A stretch of 64,000 nt of DNA from an uncultured Lentisphaerales bacterium (GTDB taxonomy: Bacteria > Verrucomicrobiota > Lentisphaeria > JABSQK01 > UBA12247), in the NCBI GenBank assembly GCA_943788985.1, contig CALSSJ010000010.1, positions 64,001-128,000 on the forward strand, in the 5' to 3' direction. The notes under the pieces are model-generated. The model was not told the DNA's origin. It searched no databases and saw only the letters and a list, made by a program, of their open reading frames with translations. Below, one piece after another: positions 29,472 to 43,784 of this stretch. Both the position numbers and the translations under genes were made by a program. The stretch's first letter is position 1. Every line of letters starts with the position of its first letter.

Positions 29472-30497
29472 TCATGCGTCAGTAAGTGTTGTCCAGTCGA
29501 TCAGGCTGCTGCGGTCACCGATCAATTGGTTGAATCCGGAGTTGACCATATCCGTTGAGATACGGATAGCATTGCATATGGCCCGCGGGGAGGAGGAGCC
29601 ATGGGCAATGATGCAGATGCCATTGGTTCCCATCAGGGGAGCGCCACCGTACTCTTCATGGTCGAGAATTTCTTTGAGCTCGACAAAGGCGTTCTTGGAC
29701 AGCCAAGCGCCGGCTTTGCGAATGGTGGTCTTGTTGAGGCTCATTTTGAGCGAGCCGATCAGGCTTTTGGCCATGCCTTCGCAGGTTTTGAGTACGATGT
29801 TGCCGACGAAGCCATCGCAAACGACGACGTCAGCCTTGTCGAAAAAGAGGTCACTGCCTTCGATGTTGCCGACGAAATTGATCGGCATGCTCGCCAGCAT
29901 TTTGCGGGTGGCCCTGGCAAGCTCGTTGCCCTTGTCGTCTTCCTCGCCAATGTTCAGTAGGCCAATGCGGGGAGACTTGATTCCTAGGACGACCTTGGTG
30001 TAGGTCTCGCCGAGGATTGCGTATTGGGCAAGATGGATGGGTTTGCATTCGACGTTGGCACCGATGTCGAGGACGGTGAAGAAGCCTTCGGGCCCGGGAA
30101 AGACGCTGGCAATAGCGGGGCGCTCGATGCCAGCAGCCATACGGGTATGAACGACCATGCTGGCGACGGCAGCACCTGTGTTGCCAGCGCTGACAACTCC
30201 GTCAGCCAAGCCATCCTTGACCAGTCTAGCAGCTACGGCGATGGATGAATCTTTCTTCTTGCGCAGCGCGATCGTGGGGCTCTCACACATATCGACGACG
30301 GAATCAGAATGAACAATCTCGAGCTTCTCGTGATCGGGTGAGAGACCGCAGGCCTTAAGCGAGGCGACCAGAAGGTCGGTCTGGCCCACGAGCAGGTAGC
30401 GATCTACCGCGTAGCCAGACTCGAGAGCAAGCTTCACACCAGCAATGTTATTCTCTGGGGCGAAATCACCGCCCATGACATCAAGGGCTATTCTCAC
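29472..30497 (-). CDS. plsX: Phosphate acyltransferase PlsX
   Basis: RIALDVMGGDFAP, SAGNTGA, LNIGEE, CDGFVGN and HGSS. Confidence 0.95.
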   Translation of the reverse strand: MRIALDVMGGDFAPENNIAGVKLALESGYAVDRYLLVGQTDLLVASLKACGLSPDHEKLEIVHSDSVVDMCESPTIALRKKKDSSIAVAARLVKDGLADGVVSAGNTGAAVASMVVHTRMAAGIERPAIASVFPGPEGFFTVLDIGANVECKPIHLAQYAILGETYTKVVLGIKSPRIGLLNIGEEDDKGNELARATRKMLASMPINFVGNIEGSDLFFDKADVVVCDGFVGNIVLKTCEGMAKSLIGSLKMSLNKTTIRKAGAWLSKNAFVELKEILDHEEYGGAPLMGTNGICIIAHGSSSPRAICNAIRISTDMVNSGFNQLIGDRSSLIDWTTLTDA

Positions 30498-30976
30498 AGG
30501 TCTAACCCATCCAGGCCGGACCAAGCGCCGGCAGTGTCGACGATTGGAATACAGTCGCATGCTTTCTGATTCAGATTCACACCACAGGTGCCGCAGAGGC
30601 CCTTGCAGTCGTTGTCACAGAGGCTCTTCGACGGAAAGGCGATGAGCAGGTCTTCGCGCAGTTGCTCGAGCAGGTCTAGCTCTTCCTCGAGCTCCCGGAT
30701 AAAATGCGAGACGTCGGCCGCGACTTCTGTGGGGACGGCGCCTAGACAACGGTCGCAGGTTCCACAAAAGCGCACCTGAGCGGTGCCCTGGACCAAGGCG
30801 CCTTCGCTGAGGAGTGCACAGCGGAGATCATAGCTGACGGGCTCCAGGTCACGAATCATCTCGTCTTGACTGAGCTCGAGAATGCTGGGGGCGAGGAGGC
30901 CACGAAAGGTCTCACCGTCTTCGGTGAGGCGACTGACGGTAATGCGGAGCGTTTTAGAGAGAATTGGGGTGGTCAT
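30494..30976 (-). CDS. yceD: DUF177/YceD family protein
   Basis: CDRCL...LCDNDCKGLCGTCGVNLN; located upstream of plsX. Confidence 0.9.
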   Translation of the reverse strand: MTTPILSKTLRITVSRLTEDGETFRGLLAPSILELSQDEMIRDLEPVSYDLRCALLSEGALVQGTAQVRFCGTCDRCLGAVPTEVAADVSHFIRELEEELDLLEQLREDLLIAFPSKSLCDNDCKGLCGTCGVNLNQKACDCIPIVDTAGAWSGLDGLDL

Positions 30977-32070
30977 GATGGACCTCCCAATGCTTCGCGC
31001 AGGGCGAGTATGGCATAGGACGTGACTAGCTCGGGAAGGGCCTCGAAGTAGCGACCGTTCTCGTTGAGCCAGGAGCCGTCCTCGCGCTGGAGGCTGATGA
31101 TCTGCGTCACGAGCTCCTGCCGCCAGAGGCGGTCTCCCTGCGGGGTCTGAATGGTGTCTGAGCCATAGGCATTGAGGGCCTTGGCCATGGTGAGGTAATA
31201 ATAAAAGAGGCCAGCGTCTCCTTTGGCAGGTTCTTCAAGAACTGTGTAGTGGTGCTGAATGTAGCGCATGGCGCCCCTGACGCGGGGGTCGTTGCGATCG
31301 AGCTTGGCGTAAACCATGGCCTTGAGGCCGGCGTAGGTCATGGCGCCGGTGCTCACGAGCTTGGCGCTCGGGCTGTAGGCCAGTCCACCGTCCGCCTCTG
31401 GATTATCTGCAGTGGGCATCGATTGGACTTGGCCAAGAAACTCCGTGAGTGTGCTCCATATCTCGGCAGTCTCCTTGGACGCGGCGCCGGGTGTGTCGCC
31501 AAATGGCTCGGCATCGAGATACGCGGTCTTGTGTAACGCTTCAGTTGCCCAGTTCGTATTCGACAAATCAGCGCGCTTGCCCCGGTCGTAGCCGAAGCCG
31601 CCTGCCATCGTTCCGGCCTCGCTGATCTGCATGCTTTTGAGATAGGTGCGCGCGGCTTTCATCGTCTCGCGATACCCCTCTGGGTCATCCGCGTCCATCG
31701 CCAGCAAGGCAATGGAGGTGGTGTAGACCGGATAGCCGGACATCTTAATCACCTTGAGGATACGCACGGGAGATTGGACAGAGCCGTCTTCCCGGGCAAA
31801 GCCGGTCACAAACGTCATGGCAGCCTCGACGGCAGCCTGACTGGTCGCGGTGTCCGCGCTTGCGACACCGGTCATGGCCAACGCTGCGAGCGCTGAGATT
31901 GCCGGCTGTTTCTTCTTACCCCAGCTTCCGTCCGCGTTGACGGTAGTCGCCAGATAGGAGACACCTTCACGGATTGCGGCGTCGGCATCCTTGTGCCAGT
32001 CTTCTCCTCGGGCAAAGACTGCGCAGGCGCCGAGACAGAGCAAGAGGAAAGCGAGACCAAGATCCCTCAA
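30973..32070 (-). CDS. Secreted prenyltransferase/squalene oxidase repeat protein
   Basis: Repeats NADGSW, ADLSNT, GAMTYAGLK and QREDGSW. Confidence 0.85.
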   Translation of the reverse strand: MRDLGLAFLLLCLGACAVFARGEDWHKDADAAIREGVSYLATTVNADGSWGKKKQPAISALAALAMTGVASADTATSQAAVEAAMTFVTGFAREDGSVQSPVRILKVIKMSGYPVYTTSIALLAMDADDPEGYRETMKAARTYLKSMQISEAGTMAGGFGYDRGKRADLSNTNWATEALHKTAYLDAEPFGDTPGAASKETAEIWSTLTEFLGQVQSMPTADNPEADGGLAYSPSAKLVSTGAMTYAGLKAMVYAKLDRNDPRVRGAMRYIQHHYTVLEEPAKGDAGLFYYYLTMAKALNAYGSDTIQTPQGDRLWRQELVTQIISLQREDGSWLNENGRYFEALPELVTSYAILALREALGGPS

Positions 32071-32801
32071 CGAGTAACCGCCACGCTACCAGCCGTGACA
32101 CGCGCGGTCCGGATCGACTTCTTGGTACTTTGCACCTGCGGTTTGCCGCTTTGGACCGACTCGAACCGAGCCATGGCGAACTCACGCACAAATGGCAGCC
32201 AGTGAGGAATTGGCAACCTCCCGAGCCAAACCTTGGTAATATCAAAGTCGACCCCATTGCTCCCCGTTCCGAGCCGCCCCTGCACCGACGTGTAGAGGTC
32301 GAGCTTTTCGAAAGCGATGGACTTCAAATGGACACGCGCGACGCCATCAACGGGGAACTCCACGATCACCCCATCCGCAAGAAAGTTCGGGACCGCCCCT
32401 TCGATCAACCAAATCTCCTTCTGCTTGAGCTTGGATGCTTCGTCTAATTCCAGGAGGACGTCCGAGATGATGAATGTGGCTTGAGGTTCGGTCAGTGCCA
32501 CCGGCTTACGCTTGCCCATACGTTTATACTTGTTCAGAATCCCTACCTGCTCTTTCTCAGACAATGCAGGGTATTCCGTAAACGGCGGCTTAAGCACCAT
32601 AAGCACGATCACGCCACCACCGACAACCAGAAGGATAAGGGAGCAGAGCCGCATCAAAAAATAAATAGCGTTCCCGCCTGCCGTGTTTTTGGCGATCAGG
32701 TCTGCTGGTTCGAGATTATCAAGATCCAGCTTCTCGCTACAGGTGCGACAGAAGATCGCACCGATCTGGTTTTCAGATTTGCATTTGGGACATTGAATCA
32801 T
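32067..32801 (-). CDS. Zinc-ribbon domain membrane protein
   Basis: CPKCKSENQIGAIFCRTCSEKL followed by a TM helix. Confidence 0.75.
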   Translation of the reverse strand: MIQCPKCKSENQIGAIFCRTCSEKLDLDNLEPADLIAKNTAGGNAIYFLMRLCSLILLVVGGGVIVLMVLKPPFTEYPALSEKEQVGILNKYKRMGKRKPVALTEPQATFIISDVLLELDEASKLKQKEIWLIEGAVPNFLADGVIVEFPVDGVARVHLKSIAFEKLDLYTSVQGRLGTGSNGVDFDITKVWLGRLPIPHWLPFVREFAMARFESVQSGKPQVQSTKKSIRTARVTAGSVAVTR

Positions 32802-32858
32802 GGTAAAGCCTTGCTGAGTCGTGGGTTCCCGAACCTGGCGCTGGGGGCGGAGGTCGGG

Positions 32859-33158
32859 TCAGGTTGACGCGGAGTCGCTTCCAGATGTGCTTGCTTTCGG
32901 TTTTTTGCTTTCCGCGGCAGGCTCGCTCTTCGCGCTCGCGCTCCCCGTCTCCTTTTTCGCGTCCGATTTATAGGAGTCCGAGCGATAGTCTGTGGCATAA
33001 AAGCCGCTGCCCTTGAAGATAATTCCAGCTCCGGTCCCGATCAGGCGTTTGAGCGCACCTCCACACTCCGGACAGTCGGCGAGCGGCTCCGCGAGCATGC
33101 TCTGCACCGTCTCGAACTGGTGATCGCATTCTTTGCATTTGTAGTCGTAAGTTGGCAT
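32859..33158 (-). CDS. FmdB family zinc-ribbon protein
   Basis: MPTYDYKCKEC...CPECGG...FKGSGFYATDY. Confidence 0.93.
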   Translation of the reverse strand: MPTYDYKCKECDHQFETVQSMLAEPLADCPECGGALKRLIGTGAGIIFKGSGFYATDYRSDSYKSDAKKETGSASAKSEPAAESKKPKASTSGSDSAST

Positions 33159-33316
33159 CTAAATCAGTCTCTCTGTTTCGCGCGCCGCGTCCGCGACCTT
33201 ACCGGCTTCGGTCGGGCAACAAAAGTGGGTGATTATATCGAATGTTAGAGCCATTGCAAGTTCCACTTGAAGGCGCACTGTAGCAGTTCCCCCTGAGTGA
33301 CACGGCGGTGAATCGT

Positions 33317-33856
33317 ATGGAACACGATGTTTGGAAAGAATTTGAAGCCAATACACTTACGCACAGCAACGCTCATTATCTCACGGCTGTGCACGAGTTA
33401 CTAGTCGAGCATGGCTATGCCCGGGTGACCGATGTAGCGAAACGGCTCGGCGTCACGCGCGGAAGCTGCTCAGTGAGCCTCCGTCCGCTCAAAAAGCGCG
33501 GATTAATCACCGAAGATGACAATAAGTTTCTTGGCTTATCCGAAGAGGGCCGCCGGCTGGCCGAAGTCGTGGAGCACAACGCGGAGTTGGTCCATTCCTT
33601 TTTGGCGGAAGTACTTGGTGTTGATGACGAACAGGCGGAAGTCGATGCTTGTAAGATCGAGCATTTGATCAGCATCCAAACAAGCATGCGTCTTCGAGCA
33701 TTCATGGAATCGGTCACTGGCGGTGGCCCAGCCATCCAAGAGTGGTTGAACGGCGTGCGCGCCAAGAAGAGCTCCTGCACCAGCGACGTCGAAACCTGCC
33801 CGGTTTGTCAAACTGTGTGTTTCATGGAGATCGGCAAACACTCCGTCGTGGAGTAG
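33317..33856 (+). CDS. DtxR/MntR family metal-dependent transcriptional regulator
   Basis: HYLTAV, ARVTDVAKRLGV and AEVDACKIEH; Cys-rich C-terminal tail. Confidence 0.9.
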   Translation: MEHDVWKEFEANTLTHSNAHYLTAVHELLVEHGYARVTDVAKRLGVTRGSCSVSLRPLKKRGLITEDDNKFLGLSEEGRRLAEVVEHNAELVHSFLAEVLGVDDEQAEVDACKIEHLISIQTSMRLRAFMESVTGGGPAIQEWLNGVRAKKSSCTSDVETCPVCQTVCFMEIGKHSVVE

Positions 33857-33929
33857 TCCAGCTCCCTTTTTAGGGAGAAAATTATCCCACTGATTCGTTT
33901 TCTTATGCTCACCCCTGCTCTGTATCCCC

Positions 33930-35090
33930 ATGTCCCGACCTGTCGTTACCCTCGCAAAAGGCAAAGAACGCACGCTTGGCCGTCGCCATCCCTGGATTTT
34001 TTCTGGGGCCTTAACTCGCGTAGAGGCGGAGCTACTGGACGGAGAAGTGGTGGATGTGCACACGTCGCGGGGCGAATTTGTCGCCATCGGCCATTACAAC
34101 CGTGCATCGATCGCCGTGCGCGTGCTCTCTTGGCAGCAGCGTGCGATCGACCATAGCTTCTGGCGTGAGCGGCTCGGCGAGGCCCGCGCGCTGCGCACCA
34201 CGCTGGCCCTGCCAGGCACCGAGACCAATGCTTACCGCCTCATCTGCGGGGAAGGGGACCAGCTCCCAGGGCTGATTGTGGATGTATATGGCTCTGTGGC
34301 AGTCTTTCAGGCGCACGCGCCGGGGATGTTGCGGAGTGCGCAAGCAATCGCTGAGGCGATCGTCGAGACCGTCCCTGAGGTCACCGCGGTGATCGATCGC
34401 AGCAAAGACACCGAAAGCGCTGGCTGGCTGGTGGGAAGCGGTGAAGGCGAGGGCGTGATTCTTGAGCATGGCCATTCCTTCCGGGTCAACTGGCAGCGAG
34501 GCCAGAAGACCGGCTTCTTCCTGGATCAGCGCGAGAATCGTGCCCTGCTGGCCCGCTATGCGCCTGGGCGAAAGGTCCTGAATGCCTTCTGTTTTACCGG
34601 CGGCTTCTCTGTCTATGCGGCGAAGGCCGGTGCGGCGCATGTGCTGAGTGTGGACTCCTCCGCCGATGCCCTAGCCCTGGCGCAGGCCAATTTGACGCTC
34701 AACGACATCCCCGAGGAGCGGGCCAGCTGCCACAAGGCAGATTGCATGAAATACCTCAGAGCGTTGCCAGATGAACCCGACCTGATCATTCTTGATCCAC
34801 CGGCATTTGCCAAATCCAAGCGCGCACGCCACGCAGCCGTCCAGGCCTACAAACGGCTGAACGAAGCCGCACTACGCCAGCTTCCGGATGGCGGGATCCT
34901 GTTTACGTTCTCTTGCACGCAGGTAGTTTCGCGGCAACTCTTCGAAGACACCATTGCCGCTGCCGCCTTCTCTGTCGGGCGTCACGTAAGAGTTCTTGAA
35001 CGCATGGCTCAGCCTGCAGATCACCCCGTTTCAGTGTCGCACCCGGAGGGCAGTTACCTCAAGGGCTTGGTTTTAATTGTCACAAAATAG
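33930..35090 (+). CDS. rlmI: 23S rRNA m5C1962 methyltransferase RlmI-like
   Basis: HPWIFSG (PUA), EGDQLPGLIVD, GQKTGFFLDQRENR, LDPPAF and YLKG. Confidence 0.9.
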   Translation: MSRPVVTLAKGKERTLGRRHPWIFSGALTRVEAELLDGEVVDVHTSRGEFVAIGHYNRASIAVRVLSWQQRAIDHSFWRERLGEARALRTTLALPGTETNAYRLICGEGDQLPGLIVDVYGSVAVFQAHAPGMLRSAQAIAEAIVETVPEVTAVIDRSKDTESAGWLVGSGEGEGVILEHGHSFRVNWQRGQKTGFFLDQRENRALLARYAPGRKVLNAFCFTGGFSVYAAKAGAAHVLSVDSSADALALAQANLTLNDIPEERASCHKADCMKYLRALPDEPDLIILDPPAFAKSKRARHAAVQAYKRLNEAALRQLPDGGILFTFSCTQVVSRQLFEDTIAAAAFSVGRHVRVLERMAQPADHPVSVSHPEGSYLKGLVLIVTK

Positions 35091-35209
35091 CTAAGACAAC
35101 TCAGTCTTTCGATTACAGGCAGTTGCATCAATTCACGATCTCGCCAGGTTCCTAACTCGTGAACCTTGGCGCCCGGGCCGCATAAAGGCTCCACATTTCT
35201 GTCTGATTT

Positions 35210-36021
35210 TTGTTCGCGCTGAGTTCAACAGCACAAGTCAGAATCAGTTCCAGTCCAGTGCGGGTAGGTTCTGGAGCGCGTGAAGTTGGTCAAGACGGTG
35301 CATTTGTTGCCGTGGCCGATGACGGCACGGCGCCCAATTGGCATCCTGCTGGCTTGTCGAAACTGTGGCGGCCGGAGCTTTCGTTCGCAGTCGATCATTT
35401 TTTCAGCAAGCAGATGTGGATGCCGAATTTTTTGGTACATCACACTCATTAGGCCTGACTGACTTGAACTAACTGAGTGCAGTGTAACCCCTCGAAGGCA
35501 GGCCCTTTGCTCTCTCCCTGAGCAATCTCAAACAGTATCGCTTCAATCGTGACGTTGTGAGAACCAATCGATAAAGTGAAGTTCTCATCACCCAATTGGA
35601 TACGTTCAGCGTAAACAGCGAATTCGCGGCCAGATTGGAAGGCGAGTTCTCGTCACTCACCCCTGCGCTTAGCTACGACGTGAATGAGAAACTCCCGCTT
35701 GGCATTGCCTTCAGCATTTGGAACCACGATGTTACCGGTGCCTGTCAGATCGAAGAGCGCCAACTTGACGGGGGCACAACAGAACTTGTACCCAACTTCT
35801 TTGGCTTGCCAGGAATTCCACGCTACGTAACTACTATCGACAGTGGCTACTCCTTTCTTCCCGGTGGGATGTATCGAGCCACCAAGGAATGGGCCCTTGC
35901 GGTTGCGTTGCGACTGGAACACACGCTTGACCTAGATGTAGTTACTAAATCCTGGAATACCATCACGTACACGGACGGTAGCCCTGCCGATGTCCGTGCG
36001 CCCAACCGCGAGCAGCGTTAA
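35210..36021 (+). pseudogene. Decayed FadL/OmpP1-type outer-membrane transporter
   Basis: SSPVRVGSGAR..GAFVAVADDGTAPNWHPAGL resembles the N-terminus of this family; broken by stops and truncated. Confidence 0.65.
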
Positions 36022-36249
36022 GCAGAGCAGCGGGTTCCCCACCGCTCGTACACTGGGGAGTAATTTGCACTTGTTGTGTATGGTATTTTCGGTTGGGAGA
36101 GGTCCACCGTCGGTATGGGTTTGTACTTGGTTTAGGCCGCTTGTTGGAGTTTTTCGATTTCGTCCTCGAAGATTATGGCCGAGGCGAAGGGCTTGATAAT
36201 CAGGACGTGACCGTTTAACCTGCAACAACCTTTCGATGCCTCTAAGGCA

Positions 36250-37010
36250 AGCTTGAGGACCAGCCCCGGGGTACTTGTAAGCAAAGACGGCGAAGAAGAG
36301 CTGGTGCGATGCCAGAGCGTCAGTCTTGGTCTCCGCCAGGTACATCTCGTGAATCATGCCCTTGGCCTTCGGCTGCAACTTCTTAGGAAGCTTGTCGAGA
36401 ATGTTGGCGGTCTTGTGAACCCAGCAGCGTTGGCTGCGGCTCTCACGGTAGCCGCCTTTCACGGCAATGAGTTCCTTGCGGCCATCCTTGGTCGATTCCA
36501 TTACCACCAAAGTGCACAGCTTGTTCTCGTCGATCCGCACGTTGAAGTGGATGCCGTCAACCCAGACATATACCGACTGTTCAGCGCTGAGATCACGGCT
36601 ATTACATTGCTTGTACTCGTGAGTTCAGCTTCGCGTCAGCCAGCTCACACAGGCACCCGACAGATTGCGGGCACCAGGCCCGAAGAGTTCTCGTGATGCT
36701 GGCAACATGTGCCCCGTGGACAACCCTTTGAACTAGAAATAGCAGACAGCTCCATCAAGAATCAAAGTTCGGCGCTTGTAGCTTGTGATGATCGCACTTT
36801 GATAGCAGTCGCCGCCTCCAGAGCGGTCACGCGTGCGGGGAACACGAAGGGGAACAGGGCCCGTACCTGTCTGAACAACGCGTTCTTTGTGGAAGCCATT
36901 GCGAACGATGGCTCTACGTCCATCGGCTGTGCGCTTGCCTTGCATGTCCTGTACAAACTGCGAAAGCTCCTCCTCGAGAATCTCCTTCCGCGCACCACGT
37001 AAGTGACCCC
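36250..37010 (-). mobile_element. IS256-family transposase remnant with internal deletions
   Basis: Fragments VRNGFHKERVVQTGTGPVPLRVPRTRDR, VDGIHFNVR, GRKELIAV.GGYRES and QRCWVHKTANILDKLPK. Confidence 0.85.
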
Positions 37011-37423
37011 GCAGCGTCTCTTCCAGGCTGATCTGTGCGCCGGTTGACGACAGCGATTGAAAAGATAGTGTGAGGATGAGGCGTTCTCCTTCTGCTGGTT
37101 TTCGACACCCATACCGTGGGCAAGCCTCACCCTTTCAACTTCTCCACCCACAACTTCTGGAAGTTACTCTACTCGTAACTAGCGATGGAAGCGTCCAAGG
37201 GCACCAAGGTACATATTCAGTGGAGCGAAGGGTACCAAGGCGCGGACGCGCACCGTGCAGGTTCAGACCGGGCGTTCGACTTCCTCTCTCATTTTCTAGC
37301 TCGCCGGTTGCTGCCCTTGAACCACAAGCCGGCAAGATTTCGTCGCGCCAGGTTGGTTGACCGGTCTGGCCCACGCGGAATAGTACCGCGCGCGGGCGGC
37401 ACCAAAACGTAGGAAGATTTTCG

Positions 37424-40203
<2,780 letters not shown>

Positions 40204-40207
<4 letters not shown>

Positions 40208-42621
40208 GTCAGCGATTGGTAGAGCTGGACAGCCAAGTCAAGGCCGGTGGGGGAACGGTAGTCCGTATGGACAAGCGCACGATCTGCTCCTGCTGCCAGC
40301 AGTCCCGCCCTCCAGGCTACATGCTGACCCGGGTCGGGAAGGTGGGACGCTTCTGTGCCCACTGCGTGGGAGAACGCTGGGTGAAGTCATTGCCGCCAGA
40401 AGCTGAGAGCTGGTCTCCAGAGCACGTTTGCAGGCTGTTGACCGGGGATGCCTCTGAACGCGTGATGGGCATCAGTGCAGTTCTCGGGTATAGCGAGAGA
40501 CCAGCATTGTACGGCCGTTACAGCGCGCAGACGCTTCCGTTGGGCAAGAGTATTTCAGTGCGCGAGACCCTGCTCGCCTGTGTGGCCTACCCGGGGCAGA
40601 CTTGGCTGGACAGCATGGTTCGCTTCCTCGCCATCACAGGGATGCTGGATGTGATCCGCGAGCCGATCACCGAGGCGCTTATCATAGACACCTCAGTCCT
40701 ATCTCCCGCCCCAATGATCAAAGCTGCGGCGACGATGATTGGCAGCACCCGGCTGGAATTGGACAAGAAGATTAGATGGCTCTATGACTTCAGAGATCAT
40801 CCGGACTCCGGGGTACTCGGGACAGTCATAGCGGCACTCCAAACCTTGGGCCCTTCCGGATTTGAAGAGGTAGAAGAAGCCTTGGACTTGCAGCCACTGA
40901 TCGATCAGATCATGGCTGGACACAAGGCCGGTGACCTCAGGAATATCATCAACGCGGCCAAGCGACTTGCTGGGATCGAGATCACCGCCGGGACGACCAA
41001 GGCGGATATGGCCCTGGCCTTGGCCCGAACGCTCGGCACTGCTGCCGGAATGCGCGAGTTCTATGACAAACTCTCGCCAGAGTTCCAACAGGTGGTCAAC
41101 TTCATGGCCTGGCAAACGGTGCCGGTGCCCCCTGAGAAGATCGAAGCTAAGACCGGGGTTTCCGTGGTCGACGTCGAGCAGGGCCTGTATACCCCAACAG
41201 TTCGCCTGAAGAGTTCGTTCAGCGGATTGCTCAACTTCGAATCTGACTATTATCAACGCATTGTCCGGATTAGTCTCCAGCACTGGCTCAGACTCCGCTT
41301 GAAACCAGCTTTGCCAGTGCCGGAGAAGGCCCGGCTGCAGGGAACAACAAAGCAGCCGAACTTTCCTGGTGCGCGCATCCTCCAGGCGGACCCAGCATTT
41401 GTCAGCCGCTTTCCTTCTCTGGATGCCATGTGCCAGCAGGGCGTGATTGCGCGCAAGAAGAACGGTACCCCGACCGTAGCAGGACTGCGCGCCCTGCAGG
41501 AAGCAGGCTGGGAGCTTGATGAGTTTTACCCCAACGTCCGAAAGCTCGCCCACCGACGGCTGGAAATCCTCGTCTGCCTGGGGGATGCCGGGGCTGCCAC
41601 AGCCACTGCGCCCCGCGCGAAACCGGCCGAAGTGCTTTGCAACTGGCTGGATCTATTGACCAAGCCGCCCGCACATCCTCTCCACTCGGGGTTCCTTCCT
41701 CCGCAGTTCATGCCCCAGCTCAAGAATGTCTATCACGCAATGTGGAGCGATGCAGCGGCCGTGTGTCTCGAATCGTTGGAGGCAGTCATGGCCGCCGTGC
41801 CCAAAGGGCAGTGGGTCACACTCGAGGACCTGCACGACTTTATCCTTTACAACAGCCTTCCGCTTCCGGTCCCGCCTTGCTGCCATGACGCCTATCTGAG
41901 CGTTCAGGGAAAGTGGGGCCTCGAGCGCCAGCACCTCGGCGGGAATCAGAACACCCATTGGGAGAAGCCGCTGGTTCGCACATTCTTCATGGTTCTTGCT
42001 GCCATCGGAGTCGTCGACGCCGTCATTGTGCCGCCCGAGGAAACCTCCAAGATCGATCCACCAGAGGACTACCTGCCGACGACCGAGGCCCTCAAGGCTG
42101 TGCGCCTGACGGCGGTCGGTGAGTGGTACTTCCAAGGCGGCCCCGAGACCTGTCTCGAGGAGCAGGCCATGGGCGAAGTCGTGCTTGACGAGCGTCGGCT
42201 GTTTATCCGCCTTACCGGTAGCAATCCCGTTCTCGAGGTCGCCCTCAAGCAGGTGGCGCAGCCTATCGGCGGTGGATTTTATCGAATCGACGGGGGCAGC
42301 TTCCTCAAAGACTGTACCAGCGAGGCCCATGTCCAGCGGAAAGTGGACACGCTCAAGTCCCTGCTGCCGGACGCACTCCCTGCGGTCTGGGAAGACTTCT
42401 TCGAGAACTTACTGCTGCGGGTCAATCCGCTCACGCCCGCTCCGTTCACAGTCCTGGAAGTAGGCGAATCCCCGGAGTTCAGGCAATTGCTACGGACCGA
42501 GCCCGCCCTGCGGGCGCTCACGATCATGGCCGAAGGCGGACGGATCCTGGTGAAAGCCGGCGACCGCAACAAACTCAAGAAACGCCTTCGAGACCTAGGC
42601 TACTTCATCGACTGCTTCTAA
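40204..42621 (+). CDS. Hypothetical SNF2 partner protein (N-terminal Cys motifs; C-terminal XPB-like helicase-associated domain)
   Basis: ATGA-coupled to SNF2; CSCC...CAHC; C-terminal AVRLTAVG...LKKRLRDLGYF. Confidence 0.7.
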
Positions 42622-42668
42622 CCGCACGCGGGTAGGCTGCGTGGCCGATTCAGCCTGGACCGGTCATT

Positions 42669-43784
42669 TCAAAGAAGCCTATGCCCGAAAATTCGGACGC
42701 CTTTGAGGTGGAAGAAGTTCGGTTCGTCGTTGTGACTGCCGATGCGGATAAAGCGGGCGCTAGGTTTTCCCTCGAGCGGGATCAGCCAGCGGTCCTCGGG
42801 CTGGGCCGCGACAAAGGCCGGGTGCCAAGTGATCAAGTCGGACGACAGACTGATGTAGAGTTGCTGGGTGCGCTCGGCGAGGTTTGGACGGTTGACGACT
42901 TCTACTCCTGCCAGAGTATATACGGTTCCTAGGTCAATCATCAGCCAGGGTTCCGTCTCTGACGCGGAATGGAAGGAAAAGTCACCGGCCTGTGTGGTCA
43001 GCAGGGTGTCGGGATTGTCAGTCGACCACTCGCTGGTGCTGCTGCAGGTCACGGTGGCATCCGGCGAAATCCAAGTCCACTCTTGCGGGACATCCTTCGG
43101 CAGCGCTGGAAGGGGTGCCGTTTTCGCTGCCTTTGGGAGCTTACCGGTGACCGGTTTAGGTAGCGCGTTGACCGGAATCAGAGCCTGACGTTCGGCCACG
43201 ATTTCACAGTCGGGCAAGGCCTCGCGCGGCTGAGACACGCCGGTCGCTGAGATCTCGGTGTCGTTGATGAACAGGCACTGCAAGTTGGTCAGTGCCGCGA
43301 GCGCCGGCACGGCCTTGTCGGTCAGGGGCGTGCCAAAGAGGTTCAGACTCTCAATGCCCGTGGGCAGAGTTTGCACCAGCGTACCTGACGCTGTTGACCG
43401 CGATAAGTCCGCGGCGACAAGACTGGACATTGCCTCCATAACCTCTGCTGACGCATCGCTCAGCTCGGCAGCGAGAATCTTGAGTTCGGCGATCAAGCCA
43501 GCGACCGGAAGGAGGGCTACGAGAGCTTCATCCCCGACGACGTATGGGCTGAGCACGGAGCACTCGAACTGCAGGTCGGAATCTTGCACGATGAATCGCT
43601 GGCGGCACGACTGCCCTGCCCAACAGCCCCGGAACTCGTGGCCATCGCCGTGCCGAAGCTCCGCGAAGGGCATACAGCTGAGGCATTTCTCGATGTCCTT
43701 GATGCGCTGGAAGAGCCGCTGGCTGAAGCAATGCCAGCCAGCTCGCAGGAGAACGAACTGGAGAACAAGCTGCAGCCCTTTCAT
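42669..43784 (-). pseudogene. Degraded LRR + discoidin (F5/8 type C-like) protein
   Basis: LRR LESLNLFGTPLTD..LTNLQCL and discoidin FHSASETEPWLMIDLG...VVNR...ARFIRI. The 5' part looks scrambled. Confidence 0.6.

Noticed and set aside
37070..37420. Possible ncRNA or small ORFs upstream of SNF2
   Set aside because: Only a short duplicated word (aggg[c/t]accaagg) is present; no recognisable RNA family or convincing ORF.
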